A DNA stretch of 64,000 nucleotides, taken from the NCBI RefSeq assembly GCF_021028975.2, contig NC_059430.1:87172001-87236000 (forward strand). The letters are read 5' to 3'. Both the position numbers and the translations under genes were made by a program. Of this stretch, positions 51,981 to 63,118 are shown piece by piece. Within the stretch, counting starts at the first letter, position 1, and each line of letters starts with the position of its first letter. Source of the DNA: Sphaerodactylus townsendi (Eukaryota). The notes under the pieces were generated by a model. The model searched no databases and had not been told where the DNA came from. It saw nothing but the letters and a program-made list of their open reading frames with translations.

Positions 51981-52440
51981 CTAGTGGCAATGCCCATTTC
52001 ATGTAGAAATGAAATGGGCTCTGGGGGAAGGGGAGCAAGGAAGCCTATTCCCCCGCAGTGGTATTTCCCCATGGCCTCCACTCCAGCAGCCCACTTGCTC
52101 TGCCACCAACCTTCTCGCTTGCCATCTGCTCTTTCTGATGGTCAGGGAAGGGGGGCAGGGGTTGCCCAGACTGGTGGTGTTCTCCTGTAGATGCCAGTAG
52201 CCAAATGCTCTGCTGCCACTTCACGCTGCTGCTCAGGCCAGGCTAGCATGTGGGGTGGTGGAAGGGCAAAGAGGAAGATGGGAAGTTTAAGTGGGCTTGC
52301 TGCTGGATCAGGCAAAGGTGGGCATGGGATGGATGTCCCACCAATGGGAATGCAGGACTGAGTTCTACCTGCCAATTGGTGGGGGTCCATAGTCAGAAGG
52401 TGGTGATTGTTCACCACTTAAGGAATTATATATGGTAAGA
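51981..52440 (-). mobile_element. Non-autonomous Helitron
   Basis: Minus strand A|TC...CTAG|T insertion, no TSD, perfect 11-bp hairpin (GCCCATTTCAT 51992-52002 / ATGAAATGGGC 52009-52019) 7 nt from CTAG. Confidence 0.85.
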
Positions 52441-53416
52441 TATGGGCCTCTGTAGAGCTGAACATATCACATGGCTATGTGAATAGCCAAATAATTTTAT
52501 AGCAGTCATAGCTGAGGTGCCCAAATAATGTTATAGTAGTCATAGCTGAGAGCACTATGATGTTAACTAGCACTTAATGAGCACCCACATTTGTGTGTTA
52601 ATGAGCAAAGCATTTAAGCATTTGTTTAAATTTAAGTAGATTAGTCTAATTGATCTCAATAAACACTTGTTGGCTGCAGTCCAAAGAAGTTGAATATGCA
52701 TATGTAGGAACAGGGAGAAATGCATTTGCAGTCTAACTTTCTTTGACATTTTCATAACAGCAGCTTTTCTCTGCCCTGCTCGCCCGAAAGGGCTGGCCTC
52801 TTTCAGAACTGAGGTTGGCCTTGGATAAGACTGAAAGATTGCTCCTGGTGGGAACTCACACCCATCAACCAACCTACCCATCTACAATTATTTATCTACT
52901 ATTGGATTCTTCCCGTTGTTTAAAAAGAATCTAAATCTATAGCTCAAGTGTACAGATTTGTACTAAATATTATAACTCTGCCTTTCTGCCGCAATTACTC
53001 ACAAAACGACTACAAGATTAAAATATCTAGCAGCAAATAGGAGCTAAAACCAATACTCCAAAATTTAAAACAAACAAGAAAAAGGTAAATCAAAATTAAG
53101 AGAAATGAAATAGAATGAATTTAACAACAGCAAGATAATAACAGAGCAAATAATGATGCACTGTTTTGCTTAATTACTCCAGTCTCAGCTGACTGAAGTC
53201 AATGGACTTGACCAGAGTAACTCTGTTTAGGATTGCACTATAAAAAAGCTATATAGTATTGAATTGCATAAATTTAGAGTACAGCTAAAACCCTACCCCT
53301 TTCCAAAAAGCCTCCAGAGTTGTTACAGCATCCTGAAAGGTCAAGGGAACCAAACAATCTTCCTAGGCAAGGGAGTCTGAAAACCTGAGTAAATAGTTGA
53401 AAAGACTGTCCCACGT

Positions 53417-53651
53417 TAGGGTTGCCAGCCTCCCAGTGAGGCCTGGAAAAGACCTGGAATTACAACTGATCTTCAGACAACAGAGATCAGTTCTCCTGGA
53501 GAAAATGGGAGCTTTGAAGGGCAGGCTCTGTGATATCATACCAGGCTGAAGTCCCTCCCCTCTCCAGGCTCCACCCCACCAAATATCCAGGAAATTCTTT
53601 AAAAAATAAATTCTTAACATGGAAATTCTTAACATGGAGGTGGCAGCCTTA
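53417..53651. mobile_element. hAT MITE (TAGGGTTGCCA family)
   Basis: TIR TAGGGTTGCCA / TGGCAGCCTTA; degenerate TSD TCCCACGT/TCTCACAT. Confidence 0.75.
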
Positions 53652-55577
53652 TCTCACATGCTCATCCTGGTCTGCATGTGGCATAGTGTCCCTGCATTCC
53701 TTTTTTAGCAGCAGTGATCGGGTTTCCATGGCATACTCAGTGGCATTCAAAGCTGGGTCTCCCAGATTATAGTCTGACACTCTGATTACTATACCACACT
53801 GGCTGTGTTACATTCAGTAATCATTTTGACTGTCCCTGTGAGGCAGGTTAGTAGTATTAACCCTGTACCCCTGCTAATGAGGCTGGGGCCATGAGAAGTA
53901 CAATTGCTTAAATAGAGAATTCCTTGCCAAGAAGAATGTTTGAACTTGGGATTTGATCATTTCACATTCTTGGAGATGAAAAACATTCCCCTGCTTCCAA
54001 GTCAGTGCTGCAGTCATCAATATCTGAATGTAGTTTGGTATAGACACTTGCTTAAAAAATATTTTTCTATCTTGTTTAAGACCTGTGTCTTAAATGGAAT
54101 TACATTTATAGGTACAACCTGGATTGGAAAATGTTAGAAGCCAGGTGGTTTTTGATACTTTCCTCTCTATGGCCTAAATGGCTTTAATCCTTTCAGTCTT
54201 AGTTGTTCAGGTGCACCACCTTACTTCTTAATCAGTTAGCACATTGTTTCTTCAAAAATAAATGTAACATCACAGGGTGCTTTGAATAAAGACAGCATAG
54301 CTAGCACTTTTTAATATGCTGTTTTCTGCCATGAGAGAAGATGCAAAGGATTTTTGCACTTGCAGGAGAAATCAGAGCAACAGGACCCTGGGTAATCATA
54401 AAGCTCAAATAATTGGAGAAGCAAATCACGCATAATGTTAAATGTATGAATTGATTTTTCCAGTTCCCTGTCATGCCAGTGTATTTATAGACTTTTTGGA
54501 AGAAAAAAGAAACACACATAGGTTCAGTATGAATATACTAAAAACACCTTTGCGAACATTTAATTGTACATTGATGGAGACAAATGCTTTCTATGCTGCC
54601 CTGCCTCTCATCTCACCTTGTTTGTTGCATGTGGGCATCTGGTGCGATTGATTTATGGAATGTTCACAAAGATGTCATTGCCATGGCAATTAATGTATGC
54701 TCCCTGTGGCTGTGTACTGTAATTGCTCCTGGAAATTCGATATTATTCTTAATTTTCTTCACAGTTTGTCAAGTAGAGGTTTTGCTGCCACAGCTGGCAG
54801 GTGAAATCAAGTGACCTTGAGGACAGTGGTAGGCTCATGGGGCAGGCACAGTATGAAAAAAACATACCAGCGATATAGGGCTATGTGTAATCTTTTTGCC
54901 TAACGGGGTGATTTAAGTGTCCTGTAGAAATTTAGTCAGTTGGCATAAAATATATGCACAGTTCTATTGCACTGTAAATATCATATTTCCCTGCAGATTG
55001 TGGTAATCTGTCTTTCTGGACTTGCTCATCTAACTAAAATGATTTACTGAATTCCACGTACCTTTGGAATTTGTCTCAGTTACCTTCTGCTTGCACTACA
55101 AGAATAGCTGATAGTTCTTTTTATATCTCTTAAACTTGTACAAAATGTTGCTTTCTGCATATTGTCACTCATCTTTTTCATGCTGTTCCCCAACCATATT
55201 CCTTCTTCATTTATTTAATCTTTAGACCGTATACTTTTCAACAGCTTTTGGATTTTTTAAATCAAAAAGTAGTACTTGTTTTGATTGTCTTGTATAGTAC
55301 GTACTGTAACAAAAACAGTGGTAAATTTGATTGCTTAATTTGGGGTGAAACGCCTCACAGACCTATCTAAGCATGTGAAGTGGCTTTGTCCCAAGTCAGC
55401 TCATATTCAGATCTGAGGAGATATTTGAGGGAAAAACAGAGGATGGGGTGAGAAGGCATTTGAAAGACAAAAAAAAAAGAAAAGCATAAAGGACGGCAAA
55501 GGCAAATGGGTGGGATCTCTTCAAAAACTTCCCAACCATGGAGTTCCAATACATTTATTGTGTGTCTTTTCTTAAAG

Positions 55578-55814
55578 AATAATTTCAGTGGAATTACCTG
55601 AAGATGCAAGACAATTTGGCATTCAGTTCCGATGGTGGCAACCATATCATTCTTCTCAAGGCGAGGATGTATGGGCCATTGATGAAATCATCATGACTTC
55701 AGTGCTTTTCAATAGCATTAGCCTGGACTTCACCAACCTCGTGGAGGTCACTCAGTCACTTGGATTCTACTTGGGGAATGTTCAACCATACTGTGACCAT
55801 GACTGGACTCTTTA
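55578..55814 (+). CDS. RELN: Reelin exon (about exon 20), 237 nt
   Basis: ttaaag| ... CTTTA|gtaagt; [38 protein letters not shown]...[13 protein letters not shown]; the next exon is not in the window. Confidence 0.96.
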
Positions 55815-56612
55815 GTAAGTAATATATTTTTGACTGGCTTACTGGGGGTAAAGTGTAGATGACTGAGGATGGCAATGGAAAACCAGCCCGTAAGCATCAC
55901 CTGTCTAGTAAACATCATGATGTGATGTCATCCCATTAGTAATGATCCGGTGCTTGCACCAGGGATTATCTTTAGCTATATTTTTTACTGCACATAAAAG
56001 TCTTCAGAGTAAAATGATTATCTTTAGTTGCAATCCTATGCATATGTATTTAGGAATGCGCTCCAATGCATACTTCAGAATTTATGATTGAGTCAAAGTG
56101 CTTTTGGAAGGGCGACAAATCTTTACTGTGAGGGACACTGTAGAGTGATTGTATATCTTTGTATTCTAATGAATCCTGGAAAGAGCTAATTGATTTCCGC
56201 AGATGACTCTCTTCTGAGTTCCCCCTGGGCACATGACATGAATGACAATGTGTTAGTTGACCTGTACCTAATGAGGGGTAAATTTTACAACACTGTGCAA
56301 TGTGATTCAAGCACTGGTGATGAATCGGTACTCTTGCAGTTCCCTTGCTTGCAACACATTCAAAGTTTATTCTGAACTGATCACAGATGTAAATTAAAGA
56401 ATAATTAGGTGCCTTGATTTCCATTAGTGGCAATAATTAATTCATGCAAATTAAAGCAGTGAGATAGGGACATAATATGATTAGAAGACATGTTAAGAAA
56501 GCTATTAATAAAGCATTGTCGGTGTAGTTCTGCCTGCTTGTGTTTAGCATGGCCTAAATGGGTACCATCGTTATAAAGAACACAGTCCAGCGATATCTGA
56601 GAGAATTAAATA

Positions 56613-57758
56613 ACACCAACAACCAGCACACCAGGACTTTTGTTAATAAATATATTTTGAAGAGTTTGACTTGACTTTCTGATCATCCCTCATATTAAAA
56701 GGAGTTGACTTGGCTGTGAGAACAGCACAGAATAACTCACTGTCTCTTTAAAATCAGTGGTTTTTAAAAAAGTTTAATTTTGGCCAGCCCTGACCAAGAT
56801 AGCGCAGTATAGCCTAAACTCATCAGAAGCTATGGATCAACCCTGATGGGTCAGCCCTGGCTAGTACCTGGATGGGAGACTCAGAGGAAGGTAATAGCAA
56901 ACTAACTCTGATTATTTCTTGCCATGAAAACCCCTTGAGAGTTTTCTATAAGCCAATTGCAACTTAACTGCTCTTAGTAGTATTAGTATGAGGGACAGAG
57001 ATTCTATTAGATAATGCATTTGGTGAGGGACAATGATTTACTCAGAGGGCAAGAATTTTTAGGTTGTAAAATAGATTTGAATGGGTCTTCTCATCGTTTA
57101 GTTTTTTTACTAGTTATACACACACACACTTGCCTGTTCATATGTACTTCTGAGAAACTGTACACAGGACAAGGCTGCATGAATTATAGTTTAGCGATCT
57201 GTTCTTTTGCTCTGTAACAAATATTTAAATACATAAAAACATGTAATGTAAAAATAAAGAAACATGAATGGAGTTAACTAGATTATATCAAGCTACATTT
57301 CTGATGTGTTTTCATTTGAATATTGAATTAGCATTGTGTTTCTCTACTACTATTACTAGTTCGTTAGAAATGACAAGGGGAAAAGTTAGTGTTTGTTAAT
57401 ACTGTGCATATCTCCAAATCATTTTGAAAGTTGTCTGATTCGAGCATTAAAGCTTCAAGAGTGATGAAAAGACTGTAATTTATCTGCTTTCATCAAACTT
57501 CAAGAGCTGGCTCATTTATATCTGACCAAAATTTTATCCTACTGTGGACTGAGTATGTGTAGCTTAAGTTTGTTCTGAGGAACAGCAATGGTAGTTGTTA
57601 TTGGCAAGCAGTAAGCAGTGGTATAATAGTCTCATAGACACCAACAGCCAGCACACCAGGACTTTTGTTAACAAGTATATTTTGAAGAGTTTGACTTGAC
57701 TTTCTGATCATCTCTCATATTAAAAGGAGTTGACTTGGCTGTGAGAACAGCACAGAAT
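56613..57758 (+). repeat. 121-bp direct repeat pair (56613-56733 and 57638-57758)
   Basis: Two copies 1025 bp apart with 4 mismatches by manual alignment. Confidence 0.95.
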
Positions 57759-58848
57759 GTGCACCAGCAGTGATAATGAGGCTGTAGAAACTGCATTAAC
57801 TACTTTAATAAGGACAATGGAAGTACTCGCTGCTCATTAAAATGAAACAACATGGCTGGGCTCAAACTGTTTGCATCATTTTAATCAAAGAGTTGGAATG
57901 AAAAGCCTTGAATGCCATTGTTTTCCCTCTGGTCTCATTAGATTGGCACAGCATATGGGAAGTGTGTTTTTGTTTTTTGTTGGAATTTTGTGGGTGAGAT
58001 TTTTTTTAGCTTGCATGGCAAGGTAGAAGTTCTGTTCTCTTCTCTTTATGTTTGGTTTGTTTTTCTGTACCTGTTTTTGTATTCTCCACCCTCCACAAAT
58101 CAAAATCAGAAATCACAGTGCTAATTACTCTGCAACCCACTCTACCTTGAATCAGAAAGAAAAGGACTGTGAACACTTAAAATACTGGACTGCATAAGCA
58201 TTCTCTGGGCACTTTATAATATGTGGACCCTTCCCTTCACTGACCTTGTGCCTCTCAAGGGAGATGTTTTAACTTATATCTGTTTTGTGCAAATGGCTGG
58301 TACTTAAATTAATTATTGTTGGCTTCTCCCAGCTGTGAGTCCATTTGCTTCTCATTTTCTAACTCATGACTTTCCATGAGCGTGGCTTGCAACTGCGAAG
58401 GGAGGGTTCTCTGGGGAATGAACTGACAATTGCTTTTTCATTAGAAGCACTGTAGTCAATATGCTATAAATCATTTTACACCATGTCATCTTAATGCACA
58501 ATTTCAGGAGAGCACCAAAAAATAAAAAAACCCTTCTAATTATGTGGTGAGTCTCCCTTTGCCATGTAAATTTGTAAACTGAAATATCTTTCTGCTTCAC
58601 GATTAATATTTAAGCCCAAGCATTTATACAAGATTTTATGGTGGAAATGATAGATTCTCCTACTGACATATTTCTCTTCTTTCCTGATTTGATATTAGTA
58701 AATTAGCTCAAACAAATACACAACCTATTGATACCAAGGCTAATATTTAGCAATATATTTAAACCCAGCTCACCTTGTGATTCTAGAGGGGTTAAGATTA
58801 TAGGAAAAAAGTAAAAAATATGGTTTTTCATTTTATGAATGGTATGTA

Positions 58849-58939
58849 ACAGTGAAATCCTGAGAAGGGTTACACTTCTTCTAAGTCTGTTGAAGTCAGT
58901 GAGATTAGAAGGGCGTAACTCTGTTTAGGATTGCACAGT
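58849..58939. mobile_element. About 85-90 bp palindromic MITE (representative copy)
   Basis: agtgaaatcct.ag..g.gttac...tctaa / ttagaa...gtaactctgtttaggattgcac; other copies at about 4398, 15023, 45928, 50250, 53170. Confidence 0.75.
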
Positions 58940-60781
58940 AAAAGTGTTTGTATCTATTTAGAATACTATTTTCCATCGATAGATAAAAGTGTGGTCAGTA
59001 GTGTCGCAGCAGAAGAGAAAGAAGCATGCGTCCACAGTAGAAAATGGTCCCAAACGTCTATGAACATTAAAGTTCACTTTTAAGCACAGTCTTAATCAAA
59101 ACTATCATTCTTTTCATTATTAAAGATAGTAAAGAAGACTAGGTCCTGGGTGAGTGTTAAGCTCCATGGCTGTTAGTGCAGCTTGTAGCTCTCCTTCAGC
59201 TAGGAAGTTGTCTCCCTTTGCTCTATGCGTCATTCTGTAGGAGCTGCTTTTTGGTGCCAAAAAAGAATTTTTCTGAAAAGGTTCTAACTAAGACTGTGGG
59301 AAAAGAGAGTTAGATTCAGAAAATCAAATAAGAGTGAGGAGTTAAAAGTGAAAACAGCACAAGGAAGGAAAAAAATAAAAGTTTGGAAGAAGCAAGCAGA
59401 GCCTATGACTAATGTGCTCTCCTGTCTGCCTCAATCACCAAGTCATGAGGGCAAAGTTTTTTTACTTTCTATGTTTAAGTTTGAATGGGGGGAGAGCAGA
59501 ACTAGGTAGGCACTAGGACCCAAGCAGAGCATTCTACAACAAAGACGGTCCAGGATGTGGCAGATGGATATCCAATTCTACTTTTATCTTTCGTGGGGAA
59601 AGGTAAGGTTGTATTTTACATAGGTTTTCAGCCAAAACTTGGCTCCCAAAGTGGTCTTCATTAATTAAAATATAGTGTAGTGGTTAGAGAGTCAGGTTAG
59701 GTACTAGGAGACCTGGGTTTGAATGCCTACTCTGTCTAGAGATGGGGGGTACCCTCTGTCCCCAGGCACCACTAATTGGTCATGTGGGGGCGCAAAATCA
59801 GCCCCCCATGTGACCAGGAAGACGGCAAGGCAGCAGGAAGTCCAATAAAATGGTATTCAGAGAAGGATTCATAGTAGAAGGAGGATGTTCCTTTTCCATC
59901 TGACCTCAGCAATAGCATTTGATAATGAGTGGAGTGGGACTCTAAGTTGGATGGAGATGCCATTTATCCACTGTCTCTTTTTCCTCCATCTTTTGCTGAT
60001 CTAGTTGATGTACCTGAAAGAATGGAGCTCTCTACTGGAGCTGGCTCAAAGCACAACAGGGGTGCTTGACTGGTGCCATAGTTTTATATAATTTTACATC
60101 TCTTAGAGCACTTTCATGGAAGTTTTACATAAACATGATACAATAAGAAAAATATTCACTTCTCATACTGTGCCTAAATTTTGTTGTTGTCTTTGTTTGC
60201 CTGCCTCCAAATGTGCTGGGCTCATTGCCTATCCACCTGATTGAAAGGGACAATTGAAGGAGTACTGCCTTTCCCACATTAACTTTCTTTCTAGAGCACC
60301 CTACCTGAACCTTTGATTTGACAGTGCTGGACTGGAGAAAAGCTCTTGTGTATGTATGCCACAAAAATCAGTCTGCAATGCCTAAACATTTACTGTGTGG
60401 TTAGATTCTACAGCAGATAATTAAAAGGCAACAATAATAATATGAAGAATGTTTCTTACTCTGCTCAATCTTTCTCTTTTTCTTTCTTTCTGGGAATCTT
60501 ACAGAAGAGCTAATAACTAAGCATTTCTGTAACTATGTGTATGACTAGGTGTGATGGTACTCAATGGAAATACCTTTCAAATATATATTCCCTCTAAATC
60601 TGCAATTTTACAAATAGAAATAAACATTTATATATAAAAATGTGATTAGACTTTCATACAATGAGCTTCATTCTATGTAATCACTTCATTGGGATGTGTG
60701 TGTACGCCATCAAGTCACAACTGACTTATGGCGACGCAGTAGAGTTTTCAAGGCAAGAAATATTCAGAGGTGGTTTTCTGA

Positions 60782-61104
60782 TGTCAGGATGCCTATGGGG
60801 TGCTGGGGCCGCTTGCAGCTTTGGACTTGGGGGGAAGAGCGTTTAGCTGAATATTATGTAGTGTGTTTCTGTTCGTTTCCTCCAGCAGGTGTTAGCCAGA
60901 CCGAATCCAACAGACTTGCATTTTAATCTCACTGTCTGCATATTTCTGTTTTTGGTTCTCATGGGGGGGGGGGTGCACCCTCCCTAATATTACTGACAGT
61001 TTGCGCGGGGAAAATTCAGTTCTGGCTTTTCCACACTGTTCTCAAGATGCTGAATAAACGACTGTTTTAAACAAGCTTTTGTTTCCATCATTGGGAATCT
61101 GACA
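60782..61104 (+). mobile_element. Short solo LTR inserted in a Sauria-type SINE
   Basis: TGTCAG...CTGACA inverted termini, AATAAA at about 61053; SINE sequence resumes after it; TSD not clean. Confidence 0.6.
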
Positions 61105-61515
61105 GCTATTGCCTGCCTCTGAGTGGTCTGAGAGACTCCTGAGGACTGTGACTGGTCCAAGGTCACCTAGCAGACTTCATGTGGAGGAGTAGGGAATCAC
61201 ACCTCCAGATTGGAGTCCGCTGCACTTAATCAATGCATCATGCTGGTTCTCTCACTAGGACAGCTGATCATATTAGTCCAGTTACTTAATTTGGATGAGG
61301 GAGAGGCTGTGGGGAAGAGCATGTGAGACTGTAAGCAGTATGTCAACTGCTTCCCTTTGTAGTGAGAACCCTCCTTCATCTGCTCATTTGGAACACCGTC
61401 TAGGTACCCTCTAGCTCCAATAAGGAGAGAAGAGAAAGGATGGCACTTTACACACATTTAATTTGAAATGATTTCAGATTCTATACACAAATGCCACAAG
61501 CTGCCAGCATAATGC

Positions 61516-61621
61516 CTTCTACACTTGGCTGTCAGTTTGTATGTGACTATTTTCAATGAACCTACAACTTCTACACTTGGCTGTCAGTTTGTATGGGACT
61601 ACATTAAATGAACCTACAACT
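61516..61621 (+). repeat. 52-bp tandem duplication
   Basis: cttctacacttggctgtcagtttgtatg.gacta..tt.aatgaacctacaa x2. Confidence 0.9.
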
Positions 61622-61847
61622 GTCTTCCTCAACTTTACTCTGCATCCTTCAGCTGCTGGCTGTAAGCAGCTACTAGTGTTTATGAGTAACCGCAAAATTA
61701 GATCTATGGCAATTGCTAAGGGTTCCCCCATGGAAGGAAATTCACCTTTCCCTCCCACCCTCACACAGTGGTTCTGATTCATACATGAAGCTTTATGCAG
61801 TTCTTGCTTTAGTGATGTCCTGTATGTTCATAAAGTCTGGAGATTTA

Positions 61848-63118
61848 CCATATATACTCGTGTATAAGTCGAGATTTTCAGCACATTTTTTGTGCTGAAA
61901 AAGCCCCCCTCAACTTATACATGAGTGAGGTGTATTTTTAAAAATATTTTAGGGTTTTTACTTTGTTGGCCACCAGGGGCGCAGTTTTTAGGCTAGTGCA
62001 GGGGTAGGGAATCTGAGGCTCGAGAGCCGCATGCGGCTCTTCTGCCCTTGCACTGTGGCTCCACGAGCCGAGCCGCCAGCCCCATCCTTGCCCACCCTGC
62101 AGGCAGCAGGGCAAGCGCACCAATTGCCCGCGGCCGGCTGGGCTGCGCCGCGGGCTTCCCCTCTCGCCCACCCCGTTCAAGCGGGGCGGGTGCTTTCCCA
62201 GCGGCCGGCAAGGCCGAGCCGCTGGCTTCATCCTTGCCCGCCCTGCAGGCAGCAGGGCGGGCACACCAATTGCCCGGCTTCCCCTCTTGCCCGCGCCGTT
62301 GGAGCAGCAAGGCCGAGCTGCTGGCCCCATCCTTGCCCGCCCTGCAGGCAGCAGGGCGGACACATCCATGCGCTTCTCAGAATGAGCGGAGTAAAAGGTT
62401 AAAAAACCCAATATATACAGTGTTATCTTTGTTTTAAATGTCAAAAATTATTTGTGGCTCCAAGTGTTTTCTTTTCCCGTGGAAAACGGGACCAAATGGC
62501 TCTTTGAGTGTTAAAGGTTCCCTACCCCTGGGCTAGTGGCACCAAAATTTCAGGGTATCATCAGGTGACACTCCTGATGATACCAGCCAAGTTTGGTAAA
62601 GTTTGGTTCAGGGGGTCCATAACTTTGGATTTTGGTGCAGGGGGTCCAAAGTTATGGATCCCCAAAGTGGGTGCTCCCATCCCCCATTGTTTCCAATGGA
62701 AGCTAATAGTAGATGGGGCTACCCTTTTGAGGGTTCGTAACTTTGGACCCCCTGAACCAAACTTCGCCAAACCTGGGTGGTATCATCAGGAGGGTCTCCT
62801 AAAGATACTCTGAAATGTTGGTACAGCTAACATAAACAGTTATTGTTGAGACCATATTGTTCTTGTTGATCCTCTCTTACCACTTACAGAGCTAGTTTAC
62901 TGTTTTTCTTTGAAATAAATATTCAAAAACATTTAACTTACTGATGCCTCAATTAATGTAATTTTATTGGTATCTATTTTTATTTTTGAAATTTACCAGT
63001 AGCTGCTGCATTTCCCACCCTCGACTTGTACGCGAGTCAATAAGTTTTCCCAGTTTTTTGTGGAAAAATTAGGTGCCTCGACTTATATGCGGGTCGACCT
63101 ATACATGAGTATATATGG
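61848..63118. mobile_element. Non-autonomous Tc1/mariner-pogo (Tigger/Tc2-like) element
   Basis: TA TSD on both sides; TIR CCATATATACTCGTGTATAAGTCGA / TCGACCTATACATGAGTATATATGG; internal ctcgacttata repeats. Confidence 0.85.
61999..62530. mobile_element. Young CpG-rich hAT MITE nested in the Tc1/mariner element
   Basis: TIR CAGGGGTAGGGAA / TTCCCTACCCCTG, exact TSD GGCTAGTG, palindrome gagccgcatgcggctc, three internal catccttgccc.ccctgcaggcagcagggc units. Confidence 0.9.

Noticed and set aside
4215-55814. Missing exon hidden in an N-gap, or RELN pseudogenisation
   Set aside because: The twelve exons join in frame without stops and give a continuous reelin sequence.
56613-56733. Duplicated intronic snoRNA
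   Set aside because: No correctly placed C/D boxes or convincing H/ACA two-hairpin layout by eye; an Rfam scan would settle it.
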